This document shows positions 1 through 10,415 of a stretch of 64,000 nucleotides of DNA, one piece after another. How positions within the stretch are numbered: position 1 is the first letter of the stretch; the number at the start of each line of letters is the position of its first letter. The translations under genes were made by a program, and so were the position numbers. The DNA is from Fibrobacterota bacterium (GTDB lineage Bacteria; Fibrobacterota; Fibrobacteria; UBA11236). The notes below the pieces were generated by a model, which saw only the letters and a list, made by a program, of their open reading frames with translations, made no database searches and had not been told where the DNA came from. The stretch is from assembly GCA_043753995.1 (NCBI GenBank), contig JAYUVP010000224.1:185-64184 (forward strand), read 5' to 3'.

Positions 1-24
1 TTTTGAGTTTTGCTTTCACCGAGC

Positions 25-1179
25 CTATCCTGCTTTGACAAGTTCACGATAGATGGCGGCATACTTTTCCAGCATGGACTCCGGGCGAAACATAGCGGCA
101 TAGCGCGCCTTGGCGGCGGTTCCGAAACGCAAGCGCAGGGCTGGGTCGCGCACCAAGGTCAGCAGTCCCTGCGCCAGGGCATCGACATCGGCGCGGGGAG
201 TCAGCAAGCCGGTTTCGCCTTCGGCCAAAACCTCGGGGGTGCCGCCCACGCGCGTGGCAACGGCGGGCAAGCCCTTGGCCATGGCCTCAATGAGACTGAC
301 ACTGGTGCCTTCGCTATGGCTGGGCAAGGTGTAAATATCGCTGGCCGTTAGCCAATCGGCCACGTCATGGCGAAAGCCGGCGAGGTGCACCACCTCACCC
401 AATTGATGGTCGGCGATTTCCTTCTCAATGCGAGGCCGTTCCGGGCCATCACCGACCAATATCAGGCGCGCCTTGGGCTCCTGGGCATTCACCTTGGCAA
501 AAGCCTGGACCAGGCCCTCTATCCATTTGATGGTGTCGAAGCGCGCGCAAAGAATCACATATATCCCATCGGATAGGAGGCCGAGGCGTTGGCGAATCGC
601 GGCGCGGCTTTCTGAAGTCTGAGAAACGGAAATACCATTGTAAACCACCTCGACGCGCTTTCGCGGAAAGGCATCCACCTTCACCAAGGCTTCGGTGACG
701 GCGGGGGAGACGGCAATAAACCGGTGGGTGAGGGGGGCGAGAACACGATTGAAAGCCCGGCGCTTAGACGAGGCGATGTCGGGATGAAAACGCCCATGCT
801 CGGTGAGTAGGACTTTGAGGCTCGGCATGAATAGGCGAGCCAGGACCCCATAAACCCAAGGCGAGTATTGATGGCAATGCAAAACCGAAACTTTTTCTCG
901 CCGACAAATCGCCGCGATGCTTCGGGGTAGACTGAGATCAAAACCTGGTTTGCGCCCGGTGAGATAAAGCGGAAAGCCCTCGCGCTTCAGGGCTTCGCCC
1001 AAGTCGCCGAGCGAGTCGAGGCAAATGCCAATGGCGCGCCAACCCTCGGGCGGGCGCCGCATCATGGACTCGACCAAGCGCTCGGTTCCCCCCACGGGCA
1101 AGGCAAGCGTTAAATGGGCAATGCAAGGATTCATGGGAATGGCAATATAGGCTCGTGCAACTTCGGGGAGAAAGGTCAT
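25..1179 (-). CDS. Glycosyltransferase family 4 (GT-B fold)
   Basis: 384 aa. C-terminal GT1/GT4 motif region EGTSVSLIEAMAKGLPAVATRVGGTPEVL (EX7E-like). Same strand as and directly downstream of the PEP-CTERM gene. Confidence 0.8.
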   Translation of the reverse strand: MTFLPEVARAYIAIPMNPCIAHLTLALPVGGTERLVESMMRRPPEGWRAIGICLDSLGDLGEALKREGFPLYLTGRKPGFDLSLPRSIAAICRREKVSVLHCHQYSPWVYGVLARLFMPSLKVLLTEHGRFHPDIASSKRRAFNRVLAPLTHRFIAVSPAVTEALVKVDAFPRKRVEVVYNGISVSQTSESRAAIRQRLGLLSDGIYVILCARFDTIKWIEGLVQAFAKVNAQEPKARLILVGDGPERPRIEKEIADHQLGEVVHLAGFRHDVADWLTASDIYTLPSHSEGTSVSLIEAMAKGLPAVATRVGGTPEVLAEGETGLLTPRADVDALAQGLLTLVRDPALRLRFGTAAKARYAAMFRPESMLEKYAAIYRELVKAG

Positions 1180-1239
1180 CCGCTAAAACAAAAAAAGGGA
1201 GCCCTTGCGGACTCCCTCGATGAAAACCTGAAATTTGAA

Positions 1240-1920
1240 TTATGCAGACTTGCGACGGCGGGCGGCAAAGCCGATGCCGAACAAGCCGATGCCGAGGAGG
1301 GCGAGAGTGCCGGGCTCAGGAACGGGAGCCACGTCGGAGACGCCAACGACGAGGTCGTTATAGTCATTGTCACCGCCATACCAGTCTTCGAAGGCCACCA
1401 CAACGTCCGAACCAAACAATTGCCAAGCGCCATTGGTTTGGGTGTCGAAAATCAAGGCCATGTCGGCTGCACCAGTATTCAAAGCGCTGTGGGTATAGGC
1501 CACAAAGCCGGGACGGGAAACGTAGAATCCAAAATTCAAGCCGATATTGGCGGTGGCGCCCGAGCTGGTATTGGTGACCGTGGTGTGAGCGGAATTCCAT
1601 TGAACCGTAGCCGAAGAAATGGCCGATGCCGAACCTGCGAACAATTGAAGGGTATTGCCGATGGTGATGGTGCCATCGGGATTCGCGGTATAACCATACA
1701 TGCCGAAGGTGTTTTGGTCGGCCAAGCCAGCGAATTCAAAAAACAAGAAAGCGGTGGCGTCATCGTTATAGCCGTCGACATCGGTGAGGACAACAGCTTC
1801 GGCGCCGCCATCGCTAACATTGGTGGCCAAGGACCAGCCGGTCACTTGATTCAAGGTGGGAGCGGCCCAAGTAGCAGCTGCTAGAGCGGCGATGCTTCCA
1901 ATGAGGGTATGTAGCTTCAT
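1240..1920 (-). CDS. PEP-CTERM sorting-domain secreted protein (exosortase substrate)
   Basis: N-terminal signal peptide MKLHTLIGSIAALAAATWA. C-terminus VPEPGTLALLGIGLFGIGFAARRRKSA = PEP motif + TM helix + Arg-rich tail. Confidence 0.85.
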   Translation of the reverse strand: MKLHTLIGSIAALAAATWAAPTLNQVTGWSLATNVSDGGAEAVVLTDVDGYNDDATAFLFFEFAGLADQNTFGMYGYTANPDGTITIGNTLQLFAGSASAISSATVQWNSAHTTVTNTSSGATANIGLNFGFYVSRPGFVAYTHSALNTGAADMALIFDTQTNGAWQLFGSDVVVAFEDWYGGDNDYNDLVVGVSDVAPVPEPGTLALLGIGLFGIGFAARRRKSA

Positions 1921-2077
1921 TTTTTTGATTCCTTAGGGTTGGGCGATTTTCGCCACAAGGACCAAAGAATGCAAGCCCCGTGCCAAAGAGAAAGTGGTCA
2001 GAATTGGGAAAAAGTAGGGTCCAGCGACCCGTGATTGTCAAATTCTCTGAATCCTGTCGGTTTAATTTTCACCTGTT

Positions 2078-2707
2078 TCAAGGTAAGGTGGCTTGCAAGG
2101 TGGGAATGATGAGTTCGCTGAATTGCCGCAGTCGTTCCGTTGCTACGACCAGGCTTTCCCCTGGGTATTCTGGGGTGGTAAGGCGGATCAGGGCGGTTCC
2201 TTTTTGCTCTTTTCCGGCCAACCCCCCAAAAAACATTAGCCAACTGGACCACAAATAGTCAGCCGTATAAAGGTCACCGATCTTATAAAAGTAGAGCACC
2301 CACTGCTTGTGATTTTGGAATTGAAGGTGGATGCGTTTTCCTGAAATGGCTGGAGTTTCAAAATGAATGTCGTCGATTTGGCTGACCAAGGCTCCCGCCC
2401 CTCGCAAGCAGGCTTCTTGGGCATGAGCCGATTTACGGCTGCTATGGGCGATATAAGCAACGACTAATTCCACTGAAAGCCGCCCATTGGAATAGACGCG
2501 GCGAATCATGTCTTGGGTTTCGAGGCCACGAATTTCTTGTGGGCTGGGTGAAAACGTCTGCACCGTGACCCAATCGCCTAATTGTTCGGGCAATTGCCGG
2601 GTGAGATCGGTATGCCCTTGAACGACTTGTTTAAAGAGGATGGCTTGGGTGAGTAATGCGGAAAGTCCAAGCGCGATTAAAGCGGCCCAGGGAAAAAACC
2701 TTTTCAT
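2078..2707 (-). CDS. epsI: EpsI-family exosortase-associated protein
   Basis: 209-aa signal-anchored periplasmic protein. Start codon overlaps the exosortase stop (ATGA at 2704-2707). This size and position are typical of EpsI, which pairs with XrtA. Confidence 0.6.
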   Translation of the reverse strand: MKRFFPWAALIALGLSALLTQAILFKQVVQGHTDLTRQLPEQLGDWVTVQTFSPSPQEIRGLETQDMIRRVYSNGRLSVELVVAYIAHSSRKSAHAQEACLRGAGALVSQIDDIHFETPAISGKRIHLQFQNHKQWVLYFYKIGDLYTADYLWSSWLMFFGGLAGKEQKGTALIRLTTPEYPGESLVVATERLRQFSELIIPTLQATLP

Positions 2708-3603
2708 GCTGGGATGTCCTGACGGGGAATTGCCAGCTTTTTCACGGTGAGCTTATCCATTAGCCAGCTCACGCTGAGCAAACAGGCGAGAGCCGAGCCA
2801 AAAATGATGCCTCCGGTGATCAAATGCAAATCCCAGTCTCCGACGATGGGTTTAAAAACTTTCTCTGGCCCAAATCCGTGAACCAAATAGCAGACCAGGC
2901 CTATGCGAATGCCATTGCCCAGAATCGCGGCCGGGGCCGTGGCTATCAAAATGGCGACAACATGCTTCCAGCCTTTATCGCGAATCAAGTAGGCATAAAG
3001 CACTCCCAGGGCCATGAGAGAAAGCAAGCTGCGAAGTCCCGAGCAAACGTCGCCGATGGCCAGCCTTTGTTCGCCAAAAATCATGAAGGAACCGGCGCGT
3101 ATGGCTCCCAAACCCGTGACATTGAGGAGGAGGGCAGCAATGTCGGCAGCGACGAGTTTCAATCGGAAATTGATGCCACTGATTACAAATTCAGGTGGAG
3201 GGATCATGAAAACGAGAAAGAAGATGGCAAACCATGCGATTTGAGTACGCTTCCAGCCTTCCACCATCCAAAAAAAGGCGAAGATTGCCAAAACCATGGT
3301 AAAGCCGGATATCGAAGAAACATCGGCGACGCCCGAGAGAAAGTGGAGAAAAAGCGCAAGGCCGAAAAGCAGCAGAGGTGTCCAGCCCGCCTGTTCGCGA
3401 GGGCCCAATTTTCCCCGAACTTGCCAAAGCAAATAAGCCGAAATCGGCACTATAAGCCAGCCATGGGACATATAGGATTCCGCCTCTTCCCAGCGGGCGA
3501 TAATCCATTTCCAAGTGGGCCAATAATTCCAAAGGCAAAGAACAGCGAAAAGGCCCCAAAGGATGGGGGACTTTTGGGTTCGAATTGGGGAGAGTGTCGC
3601 CAT
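2704..3603 (-). CDS. xrtA: Exosortase XrtA/EpsH
   Basis: 299-aa polytopic membrane protein. Conserved exosortase motifs are present: the catalytic Cys region AIGDVCSGLRSL and the Arg region GNGIRIG. Sits in a PEP-CTERM locus. Confidence 0.8.
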   Translation of the reverse strand: MATLSPIRTQKSPILWGLFAVLCLWNYWPTWKWIIARWEEAESYMSHGWLIVPISAYLLWQVRGKLGPREQAGWTPLLLFGLALFLHFLSGVADVSSISGFTMVLAIFAFFWMVEGWKRTQIAWFAIFFLVFMIPPPEFVISGINFRLKLVAADIAALLLNVTGLGAIRAGSFMIFGEQRLAIGDVCSGLRSLLSLMALGVLYAYLIRDKGWKHVVAILIATAPAAILGNGIRIGLVCYLVHGFGPEKVFKPIVGDWDLHLITGGIIFGSALACLLSVSWLMDKLTVKKLAIPRQDIPA

Positions 3604-3617
3604 GGCCTAGGATGGGA

Positions 3618-5531
3618 TTATAGGGTGCGGCTCAGGCTATCGGCGGATGCTTTTTCAGGAAAAGTGCGAGCCCGCAATGCCGACTCGACCCTTTTCTTGG
3701 CTTGGATTTTATCGCCAGTGATGGCCAACCGATAGGCCTCGTGAAAGTTAAAGGTGGGGTGATCGGGAACCAGGTCCAGGGCGGTTTTCAAATAAGCTTT
3801 GGCGGAATCATTCTGGCCTCCCAGTACCATGGCCCAACCGATGGTATCGTAAATGCGAGGATCCAGAAGTTTCATCGCCTTGAGTTGGTCGAGATACGGC
3901 TTGGCTTTGGCAAAATCCTTTTGCGTGACCCCGTATTCCCAGGCCAGGTTATTGACGACAGCAATATTCTTCGGTTGAAGTTTTAATTCTTCCTCATAAT
4001 AGGCCGTCGCTTCCTGGGAGCGACCCGCTTCGAGGGCTAGATCGCCAAGCAATTGCCGCAAGCCACCCTCTTTGGGATGGGCCTGACTCAGGGCTTTGGC
4101 CATCGCGGAGGCTCGGTCACGCTTCCCAACGGCGAGATGGAGTCGAATCAAATCTTCTTGGTGCGCCAGGGAAGTATCCGTAAGGCTTTCCAACATTTTC
4201 AGGGCATCGGCATGCAGTCTCAATTGAGTCAGATTGGCGGCAAAAAGTTTGGTGGCTAAACGATTTTTCGGCCATTGCTTTTGCCAGTCTCTCAAGGTTT
4301 GGAATGAGGGCCAGCTTTGGTTGGTGAGTTGATAAAAATTCAGTAGAGCCCAATACCCGATATACTTCGCGTCGGGTTCCAATTGCGCTCTGAATTTTTG
4401 CATGGCCTGGTTGACCGAATCAGGCGCTTGAGACAAAATTTCGTCGACCTTTTGACCCTGATCGAGTGCGAGATAGGTTGCGATTTGCAAAGGCAATAAG
4501 GCCCCAGCTTTATCACCAATGGACAAGCCTTTGATTTCCTCAAGAGCTTTGGCGGGGTTGCCATTCTTAAGATGAAGATAAACCCCCAGCCTTTTTAGTC
4601 CGCCGCGCAGCGAGGGTTTGGCTTCGCCCATGATCTCAAAGACCTTTAAAGCCGAATCATATTCGCCTTTTTGAACATATATCAGGGCAATTTGCTCCAA
4701 TGCTGGCAAATTGGTTTCGGATTTTTCGCGAAACTCGGCCAAAGAAATCAAGGCGTCATTCCATAACCCTTGCAGGGCTAATAGTCGTGCCGATCGGACC
4801 TGTATTGCCAAGGAAACTTTGGGATCGGCTTGCCGCCACGAAGCCAATAAAGCTTGGGCCGAATCGATTTTACGCTCAGCCAGGTAGCTGTCCACCATAA
4901 GCATTTTGAGTCTGGGATCGTCGGCATGGTTGGTTAGGGCCGCTTGCAGGCTGGTTCGTGCCTCCGCGCCTTTACCCTGACGCAACAAGTTTTCGGCCAA
5001 GGGGATGGTGGTCTGCAGAGAATCGGGGTTTTTCTCAGCTAGATAGCGCAATTGTTCTTCCGCTAAGTCGAGGCGTCCCTGGGAAGTCCGCATTTGAATC
5101 AGAAGGACCCGGGCTTTGAAATTGTCAGGATCCTGAGTCAAAATGGCTTCGATTTCGCGAAATGCACCTTGAATGTCACCCATTCGCATGCATAGGTCGG
5201 CTAAAATCAATCGGCCGTTAATGTTGTCGGGATATTTTTCCACGAACTTGCGGGTATTGCTCTGGGCCTCTTCGGGGTTCTTTTCGCTGAAGCTGACGCG
5301 ATTACTGAATTCAAGGACTTCGACCGAGGCCCAGGGTGTATATCCTTCGGTGGCATTGTAAGCCTTTTCATATTCCAAGCGGGCGGCAGTCAAATTGCCC
5401 TCTTGTGAGAATAGCCTTGCCTTCACGAGATGCCGGGCATAACGTTTGGTGGGCGTATTTTGATAAGCAAGGAATGCCGCGACGGCAAGTAGGGGTAAAA
5501 CGATGATAGCGATGAGAAGTTTACGATTCAT
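3618..5531 (-). CDS. TPR-repeat protein, PrsT-like (PEP-CTERM system-associated)
   Basis: Signal anchor MNRKLLIAIIVLPLLAVAAFLA followed by many TPR-like repeats. Start moved to Met at 5531 (MNRKLL). Lies upstream of xrtA on the same strand. Confidence 0.55.
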   Translation of the reverse strand: MNRKLLIAIIVLPLLAVAAFLAYQNTPTKRYARHLVKARLFSQEGNLTAARLEYEKAYNATEGYTPWASVEVLEFSNRVSFSEKNPEEAQSNTRKFVEKYPDNINGRLILADLCMRMGDIQGAFREIEAILTQDPDNFKARVLLIQMRTSQGRLDLAEEQLRYLAEKNPDSLQTTIPLAENLLRQGKGAEARTSLQAALTNHADDPRLKMLMVDSYLAERKIDSAQALLASWRQADPKVSLAIQVRSARLLALQGLWNDALISLAEFREKSETNLPALEQIALIYVQKGEYDSALKVFEIMGEAKPSLRGGLKRLGVYLHLKNGNPAKALEEIKGLSIGDKAGALLPLQIATYLALDQGQKVDEILSQAPDSVNQAMQKFRAQLEPDAKYIGYWALLNFYQLTNQSWPSFQTLRDWQKQWPKNRLATKLFAANLTQLRLHADALKMLESLTDTSLAHQEDLIRLHLAVGKRDRASAMAKALSQAHPKEGGLRQLLGDLALEAGRSQEATAYYEEELKLQPKNIAVVNNLAWEYGVTQKDFAKAKPYLDQLKAMKLLDPRIYDTIGWAMVLGGQNDSAKAYLKTALDLVPDHPTFNFHEAYRLAITGDKIQAKKRVESALRARTFPEKASADSLSRTL

Positions 5532-5569
5532 ATTGGGTCCGAGAAAGAGATACCTACTTATAGCTATTC

Positions 5570-8155
5570 TTGAGTCCAATGAACAGTACCAAGCTTCCTT
5601 CGCCTGAGGGCTCGGGATCTGACGATGTAAGCAATTCCGGCAGCTCGCAATTCATTCTCCCCTCCATTTTCTCTCTCCTACATGTCGTATGGCTACGCAA
5701 GTGGGCAGTGTTGGTGGTATGGCTAGTGATCAGCCTTCCCGTAGGAATACTGCTTTCCGTTTTTGATTTGCCCCGCTCCTATACCGCCACCACGGTGATG
5801 CGTTTTCCTGCGGTGGTTGGCGCCCAGACCAATGTGATGCGCGATATCGCTATTACTCAAGGGGAAAGCATTATCAGCATTTTCAATAGTTTTCAGGTGG
5901 TCAAGGCGACCATCGATAAACTGTCTCTGCGCTTGAATATCCTTACCCCCGAGGCATTTCGTAGGGACATTTTCCAGTCCACTCAGTATTCGGAAGACCT
6001 GGGCCTTGGGGTATACACCTTGACCCTACAGAATTCAGGCAAGGCTATCCTCTCCTACCTCCCTCGCGATGGTCAAGAAGAATATCCCCTATTCCAGGGC
6101 CCGATTAAGGATGGGGTTATCAAGGTCCCGGGATTAGTGCTTGAGTTTAAGCCTGAGTATTTGAAAAGGCAGAATTCATCCAGGATTGAAATGGAGTTCA
6201 TCACCCTTGAGGAAGGTATTCAGGCTGTCAATAAAAGTTTCAGCGTAAGGCCGATTGGCGCGTCGAATTTTCATGTGTCTTTAAAAAACCGTGACCCCTA
6301 TCTAGTGGCCGAAATCCTCAATGAATTGCGCGAAGAGTTTCTGCAAATTTATTACGGCACCACCGAGGTTCAGAATGTCGGCGTCCTCGCCCAAATGGAA
6401 AAAGACCTCGAGTTGGCGAAGAGTCGTTTGGAAAAAAGTCAGGACGAGGTCTCTAAATTTTACGGGGAACACCCTGAGCTGGTAGTGGACCAGCGCGCCA
6501 ATACGGCGGGAGATAATCTTGCTTATCTCAATGCGCGTCAGGAAGCGGATCTCACTCAGGCTCGAAAATCGAGGGTTCAAGCCGCCTATCGAGCCAAGCC
6601 CGATGCCGGTAAAACCAAGGAATATTATTACTGGGCAGGAGAAGTATTGGGAGCCATGGCTGAGGCGGGCGATCCCAAGGCGAGCATATTGCGATCGCGG
6701 CTTCTAGAAATAGAGAGTCAGCAGGATGCTCTCAGCAGCCAGCTGGGTCTGGGTCATCCCCGTCTCCTTGAAATCGACGAGCAGAAAAAAACGCTCTACA
6801 GTGATATGGAAAAGGCCGAGGCGGATTTAATCCGCACCATAGATCAGAAGCTATCCGATTTGCGTGTCGCCCTCGCGCGTTCCGCGCCAACGGTGGCCCC
6901 CACAATACCGGTGAAGGTGCGGTTGGAACTGGATCGTCTTACCAGCGTCAACAACAACAATGAGCAGACTTATAATAGCGTGCTGGAATCTTACAATCGC
7001 GCCAAGCTCGTGACCGGGTCGGAATTTTTCAAGGTCACGGTCGTCGATGTGGCCAGGCCTGCGATTTATTTTCCGCCCATGCTCCAGTCCAGGCTTATCG
7101 TCGCAGGCGCGGTGATAGCCCTGCTTTTTTTCGTAGTGCCGGTGCTTTTCGCGGGCTTTTCCCTGGTATTCCCCAGGGTTTACACCAAGGACGATATCTT
7201 AAAGCTTTTAAAGGTCAAGGTCTTAGGCAGTATTTCTCAAGGCACGTCACCCGAATCGGGAAAACCGAAAAAATTCTTTGGGAGAAATACGCCATCCCCT
7301 GCGCCTTCTACGCCGGGTGAGGTCGAATCCCTTTTGCTTTTTTTTGGCAAGTCGTATAAGCTCGGCGACTTGGAGTCTTATCGCCTGATTCGCGAAGAAG
7401 CCGAAAGCTTTTATCGCAATCCCAGCAATCCCCAATCCCTGGTATTGCTGGTGACATCGACTCAACCCGGCGAAGGCAAAACCCTCACTTGCTCCAATCT
7501 CGCTCTGACCTTTGCCCGCAAAGGAAAGCGCACCTTGCTCATCGATGCCGACTTCCGCCTGGGACGCGTGGCCCAAGTCTTCAATGCCACCCCTTCGACT
7601 GGCCTCGATGAAATGCTCAGCCAGGAAGATCTGAGCATGAATGAATTTTTGGGAGCGGCCTCGCTCTGTTTCGTGCCCAGCCTGCAAAACGGCTTGGTGC
7701 TTGTTCCTCGCAAAGTGAATAATCCCAATGCGGGTGAAATGGTGAGCTCCGATCGCTTCAAAGCTTTCGTGCACATGGCGAAAGAGCAATTCGATGTCGT
7801 TATCATCGACACCCCGCCCATGATGATCACGCCGGAGCCGCTCTCCCTGGCTGAAATCGTCGACGGCGTGCTTTTCGTAACTCGATCGGGAATAACGCCC
7901 GTCTCGGCCGCCCGCGAAGCCTTGCAGGTGCTACGCGATCGGCATGTGCGTGTGGCCACCGTGCTCAACGGAGTTCGTCATTCGCCCTTCGAGGACGACC
8001 GCTATCAAAAATATTCAGCCTATTATCGTGAAGGCGCCTTACGTCCCCCAACCGGTTCGCGAACGCCCGAGGTGAACAAGGTCAAGGCGACGAAAGCCAA
8101 GCCCAAACCAAAACCTCGCGATTCAGGTGAGGCCTCGGAATCCGCGTCGGCATGA
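5570..8155 (+). CDS. Wzc-like polysaccharide chain-length determinant fused to BY-type tyrosine autokinase (EpsF/EpsG-like)
   Basis: N-terminal TM helix + long coiled-coil periplasmic Wzz-like domain, then a second TM. Walker A GEGKTLTCSNLA, DxD (LIDADFR), Walker B VVIIDTPP and a C-terminal Tyr cluster (YQKYSAYYRE). Ends in a KP-rich tail. Confidence 0.75.
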   Translation: MSPMNSTKLPSPEGSGSDDVSNSGSSQFILPSIFSLLHVVWLRKWAVLVVWLVISLPVGILLSVFDLPRSYTATTVMRFPAVVGAQTNVMRDIAITQGESIISIFNSFQVVKATIDKLSLRLNILTPEAFRRDIFQSTQYSEDLGLGVYTLTLQNSGKAILSYLPRDGQEEYPLFQGPIKDGVIKVPGLVLEFKPEYLKRQNSSRIEMEFITLEEGIQAVNKSFSVRPIGASNFHVSLKNRDPYLVAEILNELREEFLQIYYGTTEVQNVGVLAQMEKDLELAKSRLEKSQDEVSKFYGEHPELVVDQRANTAGDNLAYLNARQEADLTQARKSRVQAAYRAKPDAGKTKEYYYWAGEVLGAMAEAGDPKASILRSRLLEIESQQDALSSQLGLGHPRLLEIDEQKKTLYSDMEKAEADLIRTIDQKLSDLRVALARSAPTVAPTIPVKVRLELDRLTSVNNNNEQTYNSVLESYNRAKLVTGSEFFKVTVVDVARPAIYFPPMLQSRLIVAGAVIALLFFVVPVLFAGFSLVFPRVYTKDDILKLLKVKVLGSISQGTSPESGKPKKFFGRNTPSPAPSTPGEVESLLLFFGKSYKLGDLESYRLIREEAESFYRNPSNPQSLVLLVTSTQPGEGKTLTCSNLALTFARKGKRTLLIDADFRLGRVAQVFNATPSTGLDEMLSQEDLSMNEFLGAASLCFVPSLQNGLVLVPRKVNNPNAGEMVSSDRFKAFVHMAKEQFDVVIIDTPPMMITPEPLSLAEIVDGVLFVTRSGITPVSAAREALQVLRDRHVRVATVLNGVRHSPFEDDRYQKYSAYYREGALRPPTGSRTPEVNKVKATKAKPKPKPRDSGEASESASA

Positions 8156-8195
8156 AAAGACTGGGAGACCCCTCCGGTATTGAGGGTGACTCGGC

Positions 8196-10385
8196 ATGAT
8201 ACTCATCGCATTTCTCGTCGTGGCCTCCCTGTTGAATCTGGGCCTCGGCGTTTCGGTGCAGCTTCGCAGTTATCGCAAGCACCAAAGCCTTTGGTTTCTC
8301 GGTTTAAGCACTCTGGTTGTTCTGCATTTGTGGCTGGGCATGGTGGCCACAGGCGACTTCACCCTGCCTCACCGGGAAATCGCGCTGCGATCGATCCTGC
8401 TCGTCGACTTACTGATTTGCTTCGGAATATTGCAAGTCGCGCGGCGCTTTCTGCATGGCAATGATTCCCCAGACGCGGGCTTGCTGGGATTTTCCGGCCC
8501 ACGTCCTTGGCGGATACTCATATCGATTAACCTCCTCGCCATGGCCCTGGCGGCCTTGCCTACCGGACATGCCTTGGACTTAAAGGGCCAGGCGGCTTTT
8601 TCCTGGATAGGATCATGGATACCGGCCACCATCCTTTTAAATGCCGTCGGTGCCTTGTACTTGCTTGAAAACACCTACCGCTTCGCGGAGGAATATCAGC
8701 GCCGTATAGGTCGTTTGGTTTTCATTGGCCTTTTCTGGCTCTGCGGTTTTCACATTCTAGCCTTCGGCCGGGCCCTGCTTTACCGCACTCTCCCGCCGCA
8801 TTATATCGAAGCCAGTTCGGTGGTTTATGGCGTGGTTTTTCCGGTGGTATTGCTGGGTTTCCTGCGTTACCGCCTTGGCAGTGAGCGCATCACCATCCCT
8901 CGCGACACCGTCTATAGCTCGGTCACCTTATTCATGACCGGCGCGGCCTTTTTGGCCGTGGCCGTGACGGTGACGGTATTTCAAGCCTTAAGTGTCGACT
9001 TCAATCAATTCGAAATGTATTTGGGCGGATTTTCCCTGTGCTTCATTGCTGTTTTGGCGCTGGGATCGGGCACCATGCGCCGTCGCATCAGCCGCTTCGT
9101 GAATGCGCGGCTTTATTCTTCGAAGTATGACTATCAGGATCAATTCTTTCGCCTGCATCGCGCCATCGCCGCCGAAGGGGATGTGCAGGGGGTCGTCACG
9201 GAGCTTGTGGAAAACATGAAATATTCCGTGACCGTGGAAGATGCCTTTTGCTTTCTGCGCAATCCCCAAGACGGCGACTTTTATGTTCATCAAAACAAAG
9301 AAGCGTCTTTCCGTGGTGATTTAAAACTGTCGGGGGATAGCCCCCTGGTGCGCGTTTTTGAGGAAGAGGGTCCTCCTCTGGATTTCAAGGCGCCGCTCTC
9401 CCAAGGCGGTGCTCGCATGCATGCGGCCCGGGGTGAGGCCTTGCTCTTGGATCTCAATATTGACGCGGCTTTCCCTATTCGCGTCGGTAGCGATTTGGTG
9501 GGTGTTTTAGCTCTCCAGGGAGGTAAGCGCCAAGTCCTCGACGCCGAGGATTTGGCCTTGATAGGAGCCTTTGCCACCTCGATTGGCGATGTGGTTTTCA
9601 AGAGCCGCGTCCTCGAAGCCCGCATTGAGCAAAAACAATTTGAATCCTTTCATCATGTCGCGAGTTTCATTATTCACGACATCAAGAATCAAATCGCCAC
9701 CCTCAATTTGCTATTGCGTAATGCCGATCGCAATATGGAGAATCCTGCCTTTCAGCGCAGCATGCTCACTTCGGTTCGCAGCTCGGCCACTTCCCTGCAA
9801 GGCTTGATTGATCGCCTTGCTGTGGCGCCAAGGCAGCCCGAAGCTATAAACCGCGGCCAGCCCATTCGGCCCGTACTTGAAAACGTGGCGCAAAATTCGG
9901 GCTTGCGACAAATCGAGGGTTTGCGCTTCGAACTGAATCAGGAAGGCCGGGAAGGTGAAGGGGTTGGCGGCGAAGAATTATCAGCCTCTTTCGACTCCCA
10001 GTCTTTGTTTTTCGTGGTCAAAAATCTGATTCAGAATGCCTTGGAGGCCATGGGCAATCAGGGTGCACTTTCCATTCATTACGGATCCTTGGTCTTGGCC
10101 ATACCGGATTCGGTCCGAAGCATGACTGGCGGGGGGGACCGTTTTTTCACCGGCTTTTCAGCCTACGTGATGGTGCGGGATCAAGGACCGGGTATGGATC
10201 CCGAATTTGTTCGCAAGCGTCTTTTCCAGCCCTTTGCCACCACTAAGGAAAAAGGGGTAGGGATAGGCCTTTACCAATGCCGCACCCTTATGGAGAAAAT
10301 GGGCGGGAGGATTTTGTGCCGGTCGGAGAAAGGCATGGGCACCACCTTTTGTTTGCTGTTGCCTGCAGGAGGGACAGTTGAGTAG
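8196..10385 (+). CDS. prsK: PEP-CTERM system histidine kinase PrsK
   Basis: About 10 N-terminal TM segments, a central GAF-like region, H-box HDIKNQIATLNLL and an HATPase_c G-boxes region (GIGLYQCRTLMEKMGG). Directly upstream of the sigma-54 regulator. Confidence 0.7.
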   Translation: MILIAFLVVASLLNLGLGVSVQLRSYRKHQSLWFLGLSTLVVLHLWLGMVATGDFTLPHREIALRSILLVDLLICFGILQVARRFLHGNDSPDAGLLGFSGPRPWRILISINLLAMALAALPTGHALDLKGQAAFSWIGSWIPATILLNAVGALYLLENTYRFAEEYQRRIGRLVFIGLFWLCGFHILAFGRALLYRTLPPHYIEASSVVYGVVFPVVLLGFLRYRLGSERITIPRDTVYSSVTLFMTGAAFLAVAVTVTVFQALSVDFNQFEMYLGGFSLCFIAVLALGSGTMRRRISRFVNARLYSSKYDYQDQFFRLHRAIAAEGDVQGVVTELVENMKYSVTVEDAFCFLRNPQDGDFYVHQNKEASFRGDLKLSGDSPLVRVFEEEGPPLDFKAPLSQGGARMHAARGEALLLDLNIDAAFPIRVGSDLVGVLALQGGKRQVLDAEDLALIGAFATSIGDVVFKSRVLEARIEQKQFESFHHVASFIIHDIKNQIATLNLLLRNADRNMENPAFQRSMLTSVRSSATSLQGLIDRLAVAPRQPEAINRGQPIRPVLENVAQNSGLRQIEGLRFELNQEGREGEGVGGEELSASFDSQSLFFVVKNLIQNALEAMGNQGALSIHYGSLVLAIPDSVRSMTGGGDRFFTGFSAYVMVRDQGPGMDPEFVRKRLFQPFATTKEKGVGIGLYQCRTLMEKMGGRILCRSEKGMGTTFCLLLPAGGTVE

Positions 10386-10415
10386 GATTAGTTTTGTAAC
10401 GATGCGCCTAGGCGC

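Noticed and set aside
10-351. 113-aa and 74-aa plus-strand ORFs at the window start
   Set aside because: They lie entirely antisense within the well-supported GT4 glycosyltransferase gene and have Ala/Gly/Arg-rich composition typical of GC-rich antisense frames.
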